Shown: positions 27,612 to 38,162 of the stretch, piece by piece
Layout of the letters: the number at the start of each line of letters is the position of its first letter
Position numbering within the stretch: position 1 is the stretch's first letter
NCBI GenBank assembly: GCA_038150265.1
Contig: JAYOTF010000013.1
Coordinates: 13,726 to 77,725, forward strand
Reading direction: 5' to 3'
Source: Deltaproteobacteria bacterium
GTDB taxonomy: Bacteria; SAR324; NAC60-12
Length of the DNA stretch: 64,000 bases
Translations under genes and position numbers: made by a program
The notes under the pieces: model-generated
Seen by the model: the letters and a program-made list of their open reading frames with translations, nothing else
What the model was told of the DNA's origin: nothing
Database searches by the model: none

Positions 27612-28276
27612 AGCAGTTCTTCCTCCTCGGGAGCGTCATGCTCCTGCTCCTCTCGGCCTGCAAGGGGCCTGCGGTCTTCAGCGAAACCAACCTCCTCCCC
27701 CACATGAAGCAGCCCACGCTGGTGCTGCTTTCAGGACGTCCGGCCCTGATTCCCCGGAATGAGTGGACCACCCTGCTGCAAGAGGTGGAGGCGGAGCTGC
27801 AGGCGATGCCGCAGTTTGGCACCCTGCTGGTGGCGGAAGCACAGCAGCAGATCTGGCAGCAGGCTCCGCACCTGAAGCCGGCTCAGGCGCAGTACCAGGC
27901 GACCCTGGCGGCCACTGGGGTCTCGGACAAGGCGCTGGCCCAGACGCTTCGGGAGGCGTATGGCACCTCCCGGTTCCTGCTCTTTCAATTTGAGTCCTAC
28001 TCCTGTACCAAGGAGTGTGCTGGAACACGGCAGTGGCTCATCCGCCTGACGGTTCTCAATCCGGAATCTGGAAAACCCGTGTACCGCATCCGGACGCAGC
28101 GCCAGTTGACGCCTGACGAGGAACAACCGGACGCGGCTCAGGCGTTGGCCCGGACCCTGATTCGGGACCTGCTTCAGCAGTTTGAAGCCGAATTCACTGT
28201 CCCCTGGCACCAGTGGCGCTTTGAGCACCTGCGGCGTCCGGAGTCTCGTATCGAACGGGCCTCCACCGGTCTTTAA
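27608..28276 (+). CDS. Hypothetical lipoprotein
   Basis: MKQFFLLGSVMLLLLSAC lipobox; ATG overlaps the sohB stop. Confidence 0.7.
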   Translation: MKQFFLLGSVMLLLLSACKGPAVFSETNLLPHMKQPTLVLLSGRPALIPRNEWTTLLQEVEAELQAMPQFGTLLVAEAQQQIWQQAPHLKPAQAQYQATLAATGVSDKALAQTLREAYGTSRFLLFQFESYSCTKECAGTRQWLIRLTVLNPESGKPVYRIRTQRQLTPDEEQPDAAQALARTLIRDLLQQFEAEFTVPWHQWRFEHLRRPESRIERASTGL

Positions 28277-28294
28277 TCCTCACCTTGATTCACC

Positions 28295-28966
28295 ATGCAT
28301 TACTCCGAATGGGCTTCCCGCTGGGAACAAAACCGCATCGGTTTTCATGTTCCGGAAGTGAACCCCCGCCTGATCCGTTACGCGGAAACGCTCCTGACGC
28401 CACGTCCCGACCGCATCCTGGTGCCCCTCTGTGGCAAGAGCCTGGACCTGCTCTGGCTGATGGAGCGGACCGATGAAGTGGTGGGAGTGGAGCTGATCCC
28501 GAAAGCCATCCACGACTTCTTTGACGAGCACGGCCTCGAGGCCACCGTTGAGGACGTGGGCGCACTGAAACGCCACCGGTGCCAGAACCTCACCCTTTAT
28601 GAAGGCGATGTCATGGACCTCACTCCAGAGGTCGCAGGCACCTTTGATGCGATCTACGACCGGGCGGCCCTGATTGCCCTGGACCCGGAAGAGCGGGCCA
28701 GCTACCGTCCGCACCTGCTGGACTTTCTCCGTCCGGGAGGGCACATGCTCCTCATTACGCTGGACTACCTTCCACGGACCGGAGGGCCCCCTTACAGTGT
28801 CGGAGAAGACGAGGTCCGGAGCTTCCTGGCGCCTCATGGCGTACTCGAAGAAGTGGAACACCATGATGCCACAGAAGAAAGCACCAACCTTCGGCAGCGT
28901 GGGGTGAATCAGGTATTCGAAAATGCCTACCGCTTCATCAAGAACTCTGTGGCACCGGAGGGCTGA
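28295..28966 (+). CDS. tpm: Thiopurine S-methyltransferase family protein
   Basis: WASRWEQNRIGFH, ILVPLCGKSLDL, YDRAALIAL, GPPYSV. Confidence 0.93.
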   Translation: MHYSEWASRWEQNRIGFHVPEVNPRLIRYAETLLTPRPDRILVPLCGKSLDLLWLMERTDEVVGVELIPKAIHDFFDEHGLEATVEDVGALKRHRCQNLTLYEGDVMDLTPEVAGTFDAIYDRAALIALDPEERASYRPHLLDFLRPGGHMLLITLDYLPRTGGPPYSVGEDEVRSFLAPHGVLEEVEHHDATEESTNLRQRGVNQVFENAYRFIKNSVAPEG

Positions 28967-29700
28967 TGGGCGTCCTGGCGGTGATCCCGGCGCGCTATGC
29001 GTCCACTCGGTTTCCCGGAAAGCCCCTGGCTCCGATCCTGGGCAAGCCCATGATTCAGCACGTTTGGGAGCGGGTGCAGCAGGTTCCGTCCATTGATGAG
29101 GTGCTGGTTGCGACAGATGATGCGCGCATCGCTGAAGCGGTTCAGGCTTTCGGAGGAGCGGTGGCCCTGACGTCTGCCGACCATGAGACCGGAACCGACC
29201 GGATCGTTGAAGCCATCTCTGGGCAGACGCATGACTGGGTCCTGAATGTTCAGGGCGACGAGCCGACGCTGAGTGGTGGTGACCTGGAGACCCTCATTCA
29301 AACGGCCACAGCGCGTCCGGAGGTCTCTGTTGCGACCCTGATGCACCGCATCACGGATCCGGAGCAGCTTCAGGACCCGAACATTGTCAAGGTCACGGTG
29401 GCGGCCAATGGGCAGGCTCTTTACTTTTCACGCTCGCTCATCCCCTTCCCGCGGCAGCCTCCGGAGTCGGGACCTGCGGCGTGGCGGCACCTGGGGGTGT
29501 ACCTCTTCCGCCGGACCTTTCTCCTCGATTTTCACCGTTGGCCCCGGACACCGCTGGAGCAGTGTGAGCAGCTGGAGCAACTCCGGATTCTGGAAAATGG
29601 GCACTCGCTGCTTTGTGTGGAAGCTCAGGAAGATGGCGTGGGAGTGGACGTGCCGGAGGACATTTTGCGAGTGGAGGCGCTGCTGAAACAAGGGGGATGA
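28966..29700 (+). CDS. kdsB: 3-deoxy-manno-octulosonate cytidylyltransferase
   Basis: IPARYASTRFPGKPLA, TGTDR, NVQGDEP, ALYFSRS, EQLEQLR. Confidence 0.96.
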   Translation: MGVLAVIPARYASTRFPGKPLAPILGKPMIQHVWERVQQVPSIDEVLVATDDARIAEAVQAFGGAVALTSADHETGTDRIVEAISGQTHDWVLNVQGDEPTLSGGDLETLIQTATARPEVSVATLMHRITDPEQLQDPNIVKVTVAANGQALYFSRSLIPFPRQPPESGPAAWRHLGVYLFRRTFLLDFHRWPRTPLEQCEQLEQLRILENGHSLLCVEAQEDGVGVDVPEDILRVEALLKQGG

Positions 29701-29799
29701 TCCGGAAAAACCCTGCTGAGGCCGTCCGGGAAAAATCTTGCCTTGCCCAGGGAGCTGTCATAGGATGGCCGACTGTTCACTTCCACTCAATCGCTGTAG

Positions 29800-30603
29800 A
29801 TGTTGACGGAATCCACCCCCGCACCCGCCGTTCCCGCTTCTGAATCCTCCTTCGCTGATCAAGTCGATCAGGGACGCTTGCCCCAGCACATTGGCATCAT
29901 CATGGATGGCAATGGACGCTGGGCGAAGAAACGACTCTTTCCACGCTTTCAGGGGCACCGCAACGCGGTCCGAGCGGTTCGGGAAACGGTAGAAATTGCG
30001 GTTGAGCTGAAGCTCCCGGTTCTGACCCTGTACGCCTTTTCAACCGAAAACTGGTCTCGTCCCAAACGCGAGGTGACGGTCCTCATGGACCTGTTTGCCG
30101 AGTACCTCGACAAGGAGCTGGAGACGATGCTGCAGCACGGGGTGCGCTTCCGGGTGCTGGGAGATCGAACGGGGCTCCCGGACTTTTTGCAGGAACGCCT
30201 CTCGAAGGCCCTGGCGGCAACTGCGGCGAACCCCGGGCTGCTCCTGAACCTGGCCGTCAACTACGGAGGCCGCGCCGAGCTGGTCCGAGGCATGCGCCTG
30301 ATCGCCGAGCAGGTCCGCGCAGGGCAGCTGAATCCTGAAGACATCACCGAGTCACTGATTTCGGATCACACCTACACCGCCGGGGTGCCTGATCCGGATC
30401 TGATCATCCGAACCAGCGGGGAGCAGCGGACGTCCAATTTCCTGACGTGGCAATCCGCGTATTCGGAACTCTATTTCACGGAAACCCTCTGGCCCGACTT
30501 CACGAAGGCGGACTTTGTGGAGGCGATTCGGGTGTTTCAGTCCCGCGATCGTCGCATGGGAGGGGTTCCTTCAGCAGACCCTGAGGACCACGAGGCGTTA
30601 TGA
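29800..30603 (+). CDS. uppS: Undecaprenyl diphosphate synthase
   Basis: HIGIIMDGNGRWA, YAFSTENWSRP, NYGGR, IRTSGEQRTSNF. Confidence 0.96.
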   Translation: MLTESTPAPAVPASESSFADQVDQGRLPQHIGIIMDGNGRWAKKRLFPRFQGHRNAVRAVRETVEIAVELKLPVLTLYAFSTENWSRPKREVTVLMDLFAEYLDKELETMLQHGVRFRVLGDRTGLPDFLQERLSKALAATAANPGLLLNLAVNYGGRAELVRGMRLIAEQVRAGQLNPEDITESLISDHTYTAGVPDPDLIIRTSGEQRTSNFLTWQSAYSELYFTETLWPDFTKADFVEAIRVFQSRDRRMGGVPSADPEDHEAL

Positions 30604-31421
30604 TCCCTGCGGCGTTACAAAATCCGGATGTTCTGACCCGCGTCAAGAGCGGGGTGCCGCTGGCCCTGGGGGCCACGTTGCTGCTCGGGTATGCGCCGCT
30701 CAGTTGGGTCGCCGCCCTGGTGCTGATGATTGGCATCATTGGCGCGTGGGAGTTTCAGCAGATGTTTGCGCAGACTCCCGGACGCCTGCCCTGGGGCCTG
30801 TTGCCCCTTGCCGCGTTCCTGTGTGGCCTCAGTGCCTGGCTGGGGGGCATTGCCGGGCTGAGCGCCGGGTTGCTGATCAGCGTGGTGCTGTGGCTGGTGC
30901 ATGAGCTCATCTACCGGCCCAAGGTGGCGCTGATGGAACTCTATGCCATGGGCATTGGCCTCTTTGGCCTGTTCTGGGTCGTCTGGTCCATTCAGCACTT
31001 CACCCTCATCCGGGCGCTTCCGGAAGGGGTGGCGTTGCTGTTCTTCCTGCTGCTGGTGATCTCCTTCAGTGACATTGCCGCCTACTTCGGAGGCAAGCGG
31101 CTGGGGAAGACCAAGCTGGCTCCCACCATCAGCCCCAAAAAAACCTGGGAGGGCAGCGCCTGCGGCGTGCTGGTGGCTGCGCTCGTGGGACTCCTGCACG
31201 CCGGGATCTTCTTGACCTTAACCTGGCAGGAGGCTTTACTGCTGGCAGTGAGTACTGCCGTTGTGGGACAGATTGGTGACCTGGTGGAGTCGAAGATCAA
31301 GCGCTTGTGCGAGGTCAAGGACTCGGGCTCCCTGCTCCCCGGACACGGCGGCATCCTGGATCGCATCGACGGGCACCTGCTGGCAGCCCCCTTGTTTTAC
31401 TACCTCATGCTCCTCACATGA
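30600..31421 (+). CDS. cdsA: Phosphatidate cytidylyltransferase
   Basis: SDIAAYFGG, ISPKKTWEG, GDLVESKIKR, KDSGSLLPGHGGILDRID. Confidence 0.95.
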   Translation: MIPAALQNPDVLTRVKSGVPLALGATLLLGYAPLSWVAALVLMIGIIGAWEFQQMFAQTPGRLPWGLLPLAAFLCGLSAWLGGIAGLSAGLLISVVLWLVHELIYRPKVALMELYAMGIGLFGLFWVVWSIQHFTLIRALPEGVALLFFLLLVISFSDIAAYFGGKRLGKTKLAPTISPKKTWEGSACGVLVAALVGLLHAGIFLTLTWQEALLLAVSTAVVGQIGDLVESKIKRLCEVKDSGSLLPGHGGILDRIDGHLLAAPLFYYLMLLT

Positions 31422-32623
31422 CTTCGGGAAAGCGTCTAGCGGTTCTGGGATCAACCGGCTCCATTGGCACCAGCACCCTGGACATCGTCCGTCAGTTTCC
31501 GGAAGCCTTCCTCATTGATGCGCTGACCTGTCACACCTCGGTGGCGCGTCTGGCCGAACAGATTCAAGAATTTCATCCCCGTGTCGTCTGCGTTCAAAAG
31601 GAGTCGGATGCTCAGGACCTGCGGGCCAGCTTTCCCGACCTGATCGTCGAGGTGGGTCCGGATGCGCTGTGTGAGGTCGCTGCCGCCGCCTCCGTCGATC
31701 TGGTGGTGGCCGGAATCGTCGGGGCCGCAGGGCTGGGCTCGGTCTTTGCTGCGGTGCGGGCAGGAAAGCCGGTGGCGATTGCCAATAAGGAACCACTGGT
31801 ACTGGCGGGAGAGCTGCTGCTGGAGGAAGCCAAACGGACCGGCGCTGTGTTGCTCCCGACCGATAGCGAACACAATGCCATCTTTCAGGCGCTGCAGGGC
31901 CAGCAGCAGGATCGCGTCCGGCGCTTGATCCTGACCGCGTCCGGAGGAGCCTTCCGCGACCGTCCGCTGGAAACCTTTGAGGCCATCCGTCCGGAGGAAG
32001 CCCTGGCCCACCCCAACTGGAGCATGGGGCCGAAGATTACGGTTGACTCCGCGACGATGATGAACAAGGGGCTGGAGGTGATTGAGGCCCACTGGCTGTT
32101 TCAGGTGCCAGTAGACGCGATTCAGGTGGTGCTGCATCGGCAGAGCATCGTTCACTCGCTGGTGGAATACGTTGACGGCTCCTTCCTCGCTCAGCTGGGG
32201 CAACCGGACATGCGCATTCCGATTTCCTACTGCCTCGCCTATCCGGACCGCCTGCCCATCACGCTTCCGGAGCTGCGCATTGACGCCTTGGGCACCCTTG
32301 ACTTTCAGCCCCTGGACCCCAGCCGCTACCCCTGCCTCGGTCTGGCTGGAGAAGCCGCTCAGTACGGAGGCAGCGCTCCAGCGGTGTTGAATGGCGCCAA
32401 TGAAGTGGCGGTGGAGGCCTTCCTCAAGGACCGTTGCCGCTTCACCGACATTGCCACGACCCTCCGGAGGGTTCTTGACCTGTGGCACACAACCCTTCAA
32501 ACTGAATCCTGCCCCGTCTTTCTTCAGGCTCTTCAATCCATCAGCGACGCAGTGGCGGCTGATGCCTGGGGACGTGCCCAAGCCGAGCAGTGGCTGGAGG
32601 CACCGGCGACGTTTGTTTCCTGA
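31418..32623 (+). CDS. dxr: 1-deoxy-D-xylulose-5-phosphate reductoisomerase
   Basis: LGSTGSIG, IANKE, PTDSEHNAIFQ, LTASGG, HPNWSMGPKITVDSATMMNKGLE. Confidence 0.96.
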   Translation: MTSGKRLAVLGSTGSIGTSTLDIVRQFPEAFLIDALTCHTSVARLAEQIQEFHPRVVCVQKESDAQDLRASFPDLIVEVGPDALCEVAAAASVDLVVAGIVGAAGLGSVFAAVRAGKPVAIANKEPLVLAGELLLEEAKRTGAVLLPTDSEHNAIFQALQGQQQDRVRRLILTASGGAFRDRPLETFEAIRPEEALAHPNWSMGPKITVDSATMMNKGLEVIEAHWLFQVPVDAIQVVLHRQSIVHSLVEYVDGSFLAQLGQPDMRIPISYCLAYPDRLPITLPELRIDALGTLDFQPLDPSRYPCLGLAGEAAQYGGSAPAVLNGANEVAVEAFLKDRCRFTDIATTLRRVLDLWHTTLQTESCPVFLQALQSISDAVAADAWGRAQAEQWLEAPATFVS

Positions 32624-32647
32624 GATCCCTCCGAATAAGGCACTTTT

Positions 32648-33952
32648 ATGACCACGATTGTCATTTTCCTGCTGGTTCTGAGTTTTTTGGTGTTCATCCA
32701 TGAGCTGGGCCACTACCTGGCGGCCCGTCACGTTGGCGTTCGGGTGGAGTCCTTCTCCATTGGCTTCCCCCCAAAGGTGTGGGGCAAGCGCGTGGGCGAT
32801 ACGGAGTACATGGTCTCCGCCATTCCGCTGGGCGGCTACGTCCGGCTGTTTGGACAGAATGTGGACGATGAAGACCCCACCGACCCGCAGAACTATGCGG
32901 CCAAGACGCGCCTGCAGCGCCTGTACATCCTGGTGGCCGGTCCGGCTGCAAACTTGCTGCTGGCTCTGATCTTCATGCCCCTGGTGTTCTGGATGGGAAC
33001 CGAGGTTCCGTCGTACCTGAAGGAGCCTGCACAAGTGAGCGCCGTTGCGGAAGGCAGTGTGGCGGCTGACCTGGGCATGCAGGCACAGGACTGGGTGGTC
33101 TCGCTGAATGGCACCCCCACCCCGACCTGGCAGGAAGTCAACGACGCCCTCAGCAAACTGGGTCCGGGAGAGACCCTGCGTGTGGAGTACGACCGAAGTG
33201 GGGAGCTGCTGGAAGGCAGCGTGCCTGCCGAGCGCTTCCACCGGGCAGGGGCATTGGGGTGGTCTCCCTTGATTCCTCCCGTGGTGGGACGTCTGGTTCC
33301 CGACTCGCCAGCGGATCAATCCGGCATCCAACCGGGAGACCGGATCCTGAGCATCAATGAGGTGGCGATTGGGGAGTGGTCGCAGATCACCCAGACCGTG
33401 ATGGACCTGGAAGCCAGCTACGAGTCGCCGTTGCCCCTGACGTTGCAGCTTGACCGCAACGGAGAGGCCCTGGAGGTGCAGCTGACCCCCTACCTGGATC
33501 CGGAGTCGGATCGGCTGTTGCTCGGCATGGGCATGGCGATGGAGAACCGGAGCTTCCCGCTGGGGGAAGCCGTGATCCGCGGGGTGGACCGGCTGGGCTT
33601 CATGATTGGAGCAACCTTTGGCTTCATCGGCCAGATGCTTTCCGGACAGGGCTCCATGGACGACCTGGGGGGGCCGGTTCGCATTGGCATGGTGGTGGGA
33701 CAGGCTGCCGAAAATGGCTGGACGGAGCTGTTCTTCATGATGGCGGTGATCAGCCTGCAGCTCGGGATCTTCAACCTCCTCCCCATTCCAGCCCTCGATG
33801 GCGGACACATCCTCATGCTGGGAGTCGAGAAGCTCAAGGGCGGCCCCCTCAGTGTCACCCTCCGGGAGCGGACCCAGATGCTTGGGTTTTCGGTGCTGCT
33901 GGCCCTGATGCTGTTTGTGACCTACAACGACCTCATCCAGGTCGTCAACTGA
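32648..33952 (+). CDS. rseP: RIP metalloprotease RseP
   Basis: HELGH, IPLGGYV, AGPAAN, two PDZ-like segments, NLLPIPALDGGH. Confidence 0.95.
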   Translation: MTTIVIFLLVLSFLVFIHELGHYLAARHVGVRVESFSIGFPPKVWGKRVGDTEYMVSAIPLGGYVRLFGQNVDDEDPTDPQNYAAKTRLQRLYILVAGPAANLLLALIFMPLVFWMGTEVPSYLKEPAQVSAVAEGSVAADLGMQAQDWVVSLNGTPTPTWQEVNDALSKLGPGETLRVEYDRSGELLEGSVPAERFHRAGALGWSPLIPPVVGRLVPDSPADQSGIQPGDRILSINEVAIGEWSQITQTVMDLEASYESPLPLTLQLDRNGEALEVQLTPYLDPESDRLLLGMGMAMENRSFPLGEAVIRGVDRLGFMIGATFGFIGQMLSGQGSMDDLGGPVRIGMVVGQAAENGWTELFFMMAVISLQLGIFNLLPIPALDGGHILMLGVEKLKGGPLSVTLRERTQMLGFSVLLALMLFVTYNDLIQVVN

Positions 33953-34012
33953 TCCGTTCTGAGGGAGCGGCAATGCTCCCTCCCTTCCTCTTGTGACACG
34001 CCGGAGGCAAAG

Positions 34013-35275
34013 CTAAAGCCGCGCCTCAATCCAGTCTGCCCACGCCAGCGTTTCCGCATCCCTTCCGGGCGCGCCCAGCACCTGCACCCCGACGGGTAGC
34101 TGGTTGGGGCCCAGCCCCACCGGCAGGTGAATGCCGGGTCCACCAAGCACATGCCAGATGCGGTTGAAGAGCGGGTTGCCCGTGTTGTCAATCCCATAAG
34201 GCGCTTCGCCTCCGGCGCTCAAGCTCAGCACCACATCACACGTCTCAAAGACGTCCGGGAGGCACTGCTGGGCAGCCTGGACCGTGTTCTGGGCCTCCAC
34301 CCAGGTGCTAAAGGGCCACTCAAGCGCTGGCTCGAGCAGCCCCCGGATGCGGTCACTCAGGTTTTCCGGTTGACTCGAGAGCTCCGGAAGCGCACTCCGG
34401 GCCGACTCATAAACCTGAATGGTGCTCTGAGCCTGCGTCAGCGCGTCTTCATCGACGGGTAGCTGCAGGTCCTGCACCTGAGCTCCAGACTCCCGAAGGG
34501 TCTGGGCCGCCTGCTCCAGGGCTTTTTGCACCGAGGGGTCTGCCTTTTCCCAGTGAACCGTCCGGTGCAGGCCAATCCGGGGGGCTTCATGGGGGGCCGG
34601 GCGCGGCGCCTCGCCCAGGAGCCCCTGCCGGACCAGCTTCAGGTCGGAGACGCAGCGGGTGAAGAACCCGAGGGTGTCGAGTGACGGGGCCATCAGCTTG
34701 GTGCCGGCAATGGGGAAGTGTCCGAAGGTGGGCTTGTACCCGACCACTCCACAGAAGGCGGCTGGACGGATGACCGAGCCTGCTGTCTGGGAGCCGACCG
34801 CTAGAGGCGTCATCAGAGAGGCCACCGCTGCGGCCGAGCCGCTGGAGGAACCACCGGGCGTGTGGTCCGGATTGACAGGATTCCGGGTGGGCCCCGGGGA
34901 AAACATCGCAAACTCGGTGGTGACCGTCTTGCCCATCAAAACCGCTCCGGCCCGCCGCAGAGCCGCAACACAGGCGGCATCGGCTGCGGGTTGGTGTCCG
35001 GAATACGCCTTGCTGCCGTACTCGGTCGGGAAGTCGCAGGTGTCCAGCAGGTCCTTGACGCCAACCGGGATGCCATGCAGCGGCCCGCGTCTGGGGATGC
35101 GATCCAGGATCTGTGCCTGCGCCAGGGCGACTTCGGGGGCGAGGTAAGCCCAGGCCTGCACCTCGGGTTCGCGCTGGTGCGTGTGGTTCAGGCAATCGGC
35201 CACCAGCTGTTCGCTGGTAATGTCACGGCGCTCCAGCATCCGGGACGCTTCGGTCAGGGTCAGGTCAATGAGCAT
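34013..35275 (-). CDS. Amidase signature family enzyme
   Basis: GPLHGIPVGVKD, TPGGSSSGSAAAVA, GSQTAGSVIRPAAFCG. Confidence 0.93.
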   Translation of the reverse strand: MLIDLTLTEASRMLERRDITSEQLVADCLNHTHQREPEVQAWAYLAPEVALAQAQILDRIPRRGPLHGIPVGVKDLLDTCDFPTEYGSKAYSGHQPAADAACVAALRRAGAVLMGKTVTTEFAMFSPGPTRNPVNPDHTPGGSSSGSAAAVASLMTPLAVGSQTAGSVIRPAAFCGVVGYKPTFGHFPIAGTKLMAPSLDTLGFFTRCVSDLKLVRQGLLGEAPRPAPHEAPRIGLHRTVHWEKADPSVQKALEQAAQTLRESGAQVQDLQLPVDEDALTQAQSTIQVYESARSALPELSSQPENLSDRIRGLLEPALEWPFSTWVEAQNTVQAAQQCLPDVFETCDVVLSLSAGGEAPYGIDNTGNPLFNRIWHVLGGPGIHLPVGLGPNQLPVGVQVLGAPGRDAETLAWADWIEARL

Positions 35276-35295
35276 GGTTGAAGTGAGTCAAGCAG

Positions 35296-36519
35296 TTAGG
35301 CGCCAGCGCCAGATGCGGCGGCTGGTCGGGCACGAAGGGTCCAGATCAGAGCCATCACCTGAGCCACGAGCAGTCCCCCCAGCGCGGCCTGATAGCCAGC
35401 TGGGTCATAATGTCCGGAGGCATCCACCGGCCACAGGTCGATCAACGCGCCAATTCCCCACTGGACCACAAAGGCTCCTACAAAAACCAGCAGGTTCAGC
35501 AGCGTGTTCACACGTCCGGCAAGGTGCCGGGGGAACTGCTGGGAGAGCGCTGCATAAGGAAGGATGCCGGAGGTGGCAAAGAAGCTGAACCCCAGCAGCA
35601 GGACGAAGGGCGCTGCCGTCCACTCCAGGACCATCAGCAGCTGAAAGCCCATGAAGATGATCATGGCAATCAGGGCAATTTTCAGCGGAGGGAGCCCCAG
35701 GGTTCGGGAAATCCGGGCGGTCAGGGAACCCAGCCCCATGAAGCCGGCAATCATGGCCAGCGTCATCCAGAAGAGCATCGACGCGGCCTGATCGGCCTCG
35801 AAGCCCAGCACGTCCCGCATCCACGGCTTCACCCACAGCCCCTGAATCGCCAACTGGGCCGCCTGCGACAGCATGGTCAGGGGGGCAATCCCCCAGAAGA
35901 GCGGGCTCCGCACCACGCTGAGGAGGCCCTGCCGCTGCTGCTCAAGGCTTTCGGGCTCGCCTTCCAGCGGACGTTCCGGATGGACGAGCCAGAGGAAGGC
36001 GGAGGCGACGAGGGTGGCCCCAGCGAGTCCCCAAAAAATACCGCGCCAGCTGGTGAAGTTCAGGGCCCACTGCAAAGGGGCCGTGGCGCTCAGGGCCCCA
36101 ATGCCTCCGGCAACCATCTGCAGTCCGTTGATCAGCGGAAGCCGCTCTGGCGGAAACCACATCACGTACGCCTTGAACGCGGCCATCAGGCAGGCCGACA
36201 CCCCAAAGCCGATCAGCAGCCGCCCGACGATCAGTCCGGAGAGGCTGTCGGCAGTGGCAAAGACCATGGCGCCTGCGGCAGCAAAGACCAGCAGCGTTCC
36301 TTCTGTCTTCCGGGTGCCAAAGCGATCAAGCAGCAGGCCCAGCGGCAGCTGAAAGGCGGCAAACGAGATGAAGTAGGCGCTGGTCAGCAGCCCCAGACTG
36401 GAGGCACTGAGGGCCAACTCGTCCACCAGGTCGGCTTCAATGATGGCATTCGCATTCCGGAAGAAGTAAGAGAGGGCATACCCCAGGGCAAGGGGCAGGT
36501 AAACCCTGAGAAACAGCAT
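35296..36519 (-). CDS. MFS transporter
   Basis: QLPLGLLLDRFGTR motif A; multiple TM helices. Confidence 0.9.
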   Translation of the reverse strand: MLFLRVYLPLALGYALSYFFRNANAIIEADLVDELALSASSLGLLTSAYFISFAAFQLPLGLLLDRFGTRKTEGTLLVFAAAGAMVFATADSLSGLIVGRLLIGFGVSACLMAAFKAYVMWFPPERLPLINGLQMVAGGIGALSATAPLQWALNFTSWRGIFWGLAGATLVASAFLWLVHPERPLEGEPESLEQQRQGLLSVVRSPLFWGIAPLTMLSQAAQLAIQGLWVKPWMRDVLGFEADQAASMLFWMTLAMIAGFMGLGSLTARISRTLGLPPLKIALIAMIIFMGFQLLMVLEWTAAPFVLLLGFSFFATSGILPYAALSQQFPRHLAGRVNTLLNLLVFVGAFVVQWGIGALIDLWPVDASGHYDPAGYQAALGGLLVAQVMALIWTLRARPAAASGAGA

Positions 36520-36530
36520 GAGGGAGGCTC

Positions 36531-37190
36531 CTAGAATTCGATCCCGACCCGGGCACGGACTCCCTGGTCAAAGTGGTGCTTGACCTTGCGCATCTCGGTG
36601 ACCACATCGGCCCGCGCCAGTACTTCCTCATGCGGGTAGCGCCCGGTGAACACCAGCTCCACCTGCTCCGGACGTCCGTCGATCACCTTGAGGACCTGCT
36701 CCAGGTTGATGAGGCCACGGTGCAAGCAGTAGTTGATTTCATCAACAATCACAAGGTCATGGGCTCCCGAATGGACCTGCTCATAGAGGTCTTCCATTTC
36801 GGGAACCATCTCGGCCCGCATGGCATCAATGTCCTGCTTGACGTTCTTGCTGACGCACAGCGCCCAGTAGTGCGGAACGTTCCGGAAGGTGAGGTTGGGG
36901 TGAAAGCCGGGCTGGCCACAGAGCTTGAGCTCTCCCGTCTTCCAGCGGGGCTTGAGCATGCGCAGGTAGTACACCTTCAGGCCGGCTCCCAGGGCCCGGA
37001 GCATCAGGCCCAGGGACGCGGTGCTCTTGCCCTTGCCTTCGCCGGTATAGATCTGGAAGGCCCCGTGCTTCATGCGGGGGCGCTTGGTGACCTGCAGGGG
37101 GGCGCGTTCAAAGGATTCAGTCTCTTGCATCGCGTCGGGGTGGTCTTCCAACCCCTGAGAAGTCGTGGTCATGGCAACGGATTGAGTCAT
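36531..37190 (-). CDS. cobO: Cob(I)alamin adenosyltransferase (CobO/BtuR type)
   Basis: QIYTGEGKGKSTA, VDEIN, ELVFTGR, ADVVTEMRKVKHHF, GIEF. Confidence 0.9.
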   Translation of the reverse strand: MTQSVAMTTTSQGLEDHPDAMQETESFERAPLQVTKRPRMKHGAFQIYTGEGKGKSTASLGLMLRALGAGLKVYYLRMLKPRWKTGELKLCGQPGFHPNLTFRNVPHYWALCVSKNVKQDIDAMRAEMVPEMEDLYEQVHSGAHDLVIVDEINYCLHRGLINLEQVLKVIDGRPEQVELVFTGRYPHEEVLARADVVTEMRKVKHHFDQGVRARVGIEF

Positions 37191-37331
37191 GTCAGGTGAG
37201 GATCACCCAGGACTGCGGGGTGGTCCACTTCCCTGGTCAGGAGGGGGCAATCATTGTTAGGCTCAGAGCATAGCACAAGCAAAGTTGTCCGGAAATTGCT
37301 TTCTCCTCCTTAACCCAATTCAGGAGTCGAC

Positions 37332-38162
37332 ATGAAAGAGGATTTGCAAAGTTTTGGGGTCGCGCTCGGAGGCGGGGCCTTTCGAGGAGCGGCTCACCTG
37401 GGCGTGCTCAAGGCCCTCGAGGAAGAGGGCCTCAAGCCGGGCTTCCTTGCGGGAACCAGTGCGGGCGCCATGGTCGCCGCCTTCTACGCCTTCGGAGTCT
37501 CTCCGGAAGAGATCCGCCAGCTGGCCCGGGAGCTGAAGTGGCTCCGGGTGTCGAGCTTTACGCTCTCGAAGATGGGGCTGCTGTCGAACGCCGAGATTGG
37601 GCGCTTCATGGAGCAGCACCTGGGGAACGTCCTGCTGGAAGATGCCCCCATTCCGCTGGCCGTGGTGGCCACCAACATCCAGACGGGAGAAAAGGTGGTC
37701 ATCAAGAGCGGACCCGTGTCTCATGCCGTGATGGCCAGCACCTGCATTCCGGGGCTCTTCACGCCGGTGCAAACGGAAAGTCAGATGCTTGTGGACGGAA
37801 TGCTCGTGGAGAATGTGCCCGTTTCGGTGCTCAAGGCCATGGGCGCCCCGCTTTCAGTCGCGGTGCACCTGAGCAGCGATCACTACCGCAAGCCCCAGAG
37901 CCTGGCGGAGGTCCTGCTGAACGCCCTGAGCGTTGCTGTGGACCAGACGACCCAGCGTCAACTGGCGCAGGCGGATGTGATTGTGCATCCGAACCTGGAC
38001 GGATATGGCCTGATGGACCCCGGAAACAGCGTCAAGCTCTATGCCGAAGGCTACCGGGCCGGAGTGCTGGCCGTGGAGCACATTCGGCAGGAACTGGAAA
38101 AACGCGGGCCGTCTTCATTTGAAATCCTGGAGAAGCGCTTCCGCCAGTGGCTTCATTCCTGA
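37332..38162 (+). CDS. Patatin-like phospholipase
   Basis: GGGAFRG, GTSAG, ASTCIPG, VDG. Confidence 0.92.
   Translation: MKEDLQSFGVALGGGAFRGAAHLGVLKALEEEGLKPGFLAGTSAGAMVAAFYAFGVSPEEIRQLARELKWLRVSSFTLSKMGLLSNAEIGRFMEQHLGNVLLEDAPIPLAVVATNIQTGEKVVIKSGPVSHAVMASTCIPGLFTPVQTESQMLVDGMLVENVPVSVLKAMGAPLSVAVHLSSDHYRKPQSLAEVLLNALSVAVDQTTQRQLAQADVIVHPNLDGYGLMDPGNSVKLYAEGYRAGVLAVEHIRQELEKRGPSSFEILEKRFRQWLHS

Noticed and set aside
31451..33973. 840-aa antisense ORF spanning dxr and rseP
   Set aside because: Shadow frame of GC-rich codon usage. dxr and rseP happen to be in the same frame (starts 1230 nt apart), so the antisense frame stays open; it has no motifs.
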